NCBI RefSeq assembly: GCF_006345805.1
Contig: NC_042997.1
Span: 201,500,001 to 201,564,000 of the forward strand
Reading direction: 5' to 3'
DNA length: 64,000 nt
DNA from: Octopus sinensis
Lineage: Eukaryota
Part shown: positions 63,698-64,000 of the stretch, in pieces
How the letters are laid out: the number at the start of each line of letters is the position of its first letter
How positions within the stretch are numbered: position 1 is the stretch's first letter
Made by a program: the position numbers and the translations under genes
The notes under the pieces: model-generated
Told to the model about the DNA's origin: nothing
Seen by the model: only the letters and a program-made list of their open reading frames with translations
Databases searched by the model: none

Positions 63698-63730
<33 letters not shown>

Positions 63731-63848
63731 GTGTGTGTGGTGTGTGTACATATATATATATGGCAAAAAATAATTTCAAAACAGAACAATTCTGAGCTAA
63801 AACTACAGAAAAAAAAATACGTATATGTATATATGTACATATACATAC

Positions 63849-63880
<32 letters not shown>

Positions 63881-64000
63881 CATCATCATCATCATCATCG
63901 TTTAACGTCCGTTCTCCATGCTAGCATGGGTTGGACGGTTCGACTGGGGATCTGGGAAGCCAGAAGGCTGCACCAGTCTCCAGTCTTATCTGGCAATGTT
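63881..64000 (-). mobile_element. RTE 3' end copy, runs off the window
   Basis: (CAT)n then GTTTAACGTCCG..CCATGCTAGCATGGGTTGG. Confidence 0.8.

Overview
Eukaryotic, AT-rich and microsatellite-dense DNA with no prokaryotic gene structure. The repeat complement looks like an octopus/coleoid cephalopod intron or intergenic region; the species assignment is an inference. I found no confidently recognisable host protein-coding gene, and most short ORFs in the track are read-throughs of microsatellites or repeats. Retroelements: at least three tRNA-derived SINE families and fragments of four LINE groups (RTE, CR1, R4/Dong, L1/Tx1), plus Penelope-like relics. DNA elements: a near-intact DD34D mariner with 37-bp TIRs (57683-58974), an older mariner, Tc1/maT fragments, hAT, pogo and piggyBac MITEs, and two non-autonomous Helitrons. 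The most interesting signals are: (1) several type I hammerhead-ribozyme motifs, one with an intact core and stems (8778-8863, minus), a tandem set (62950-63476), and one behind a tRNA-like head; (2) 3'-tail sharing that pairs SINE families with specific LINEs inside the window; (3) Dong elements stacked in a TAA microsatellite that is itself a SINE tail; (4) a unique island with twin CRE palindromes and a TATA-like box, plus a candidate spliced exon, hinting at a host transcription unit. Coordinates of diverged repeats are approximate.
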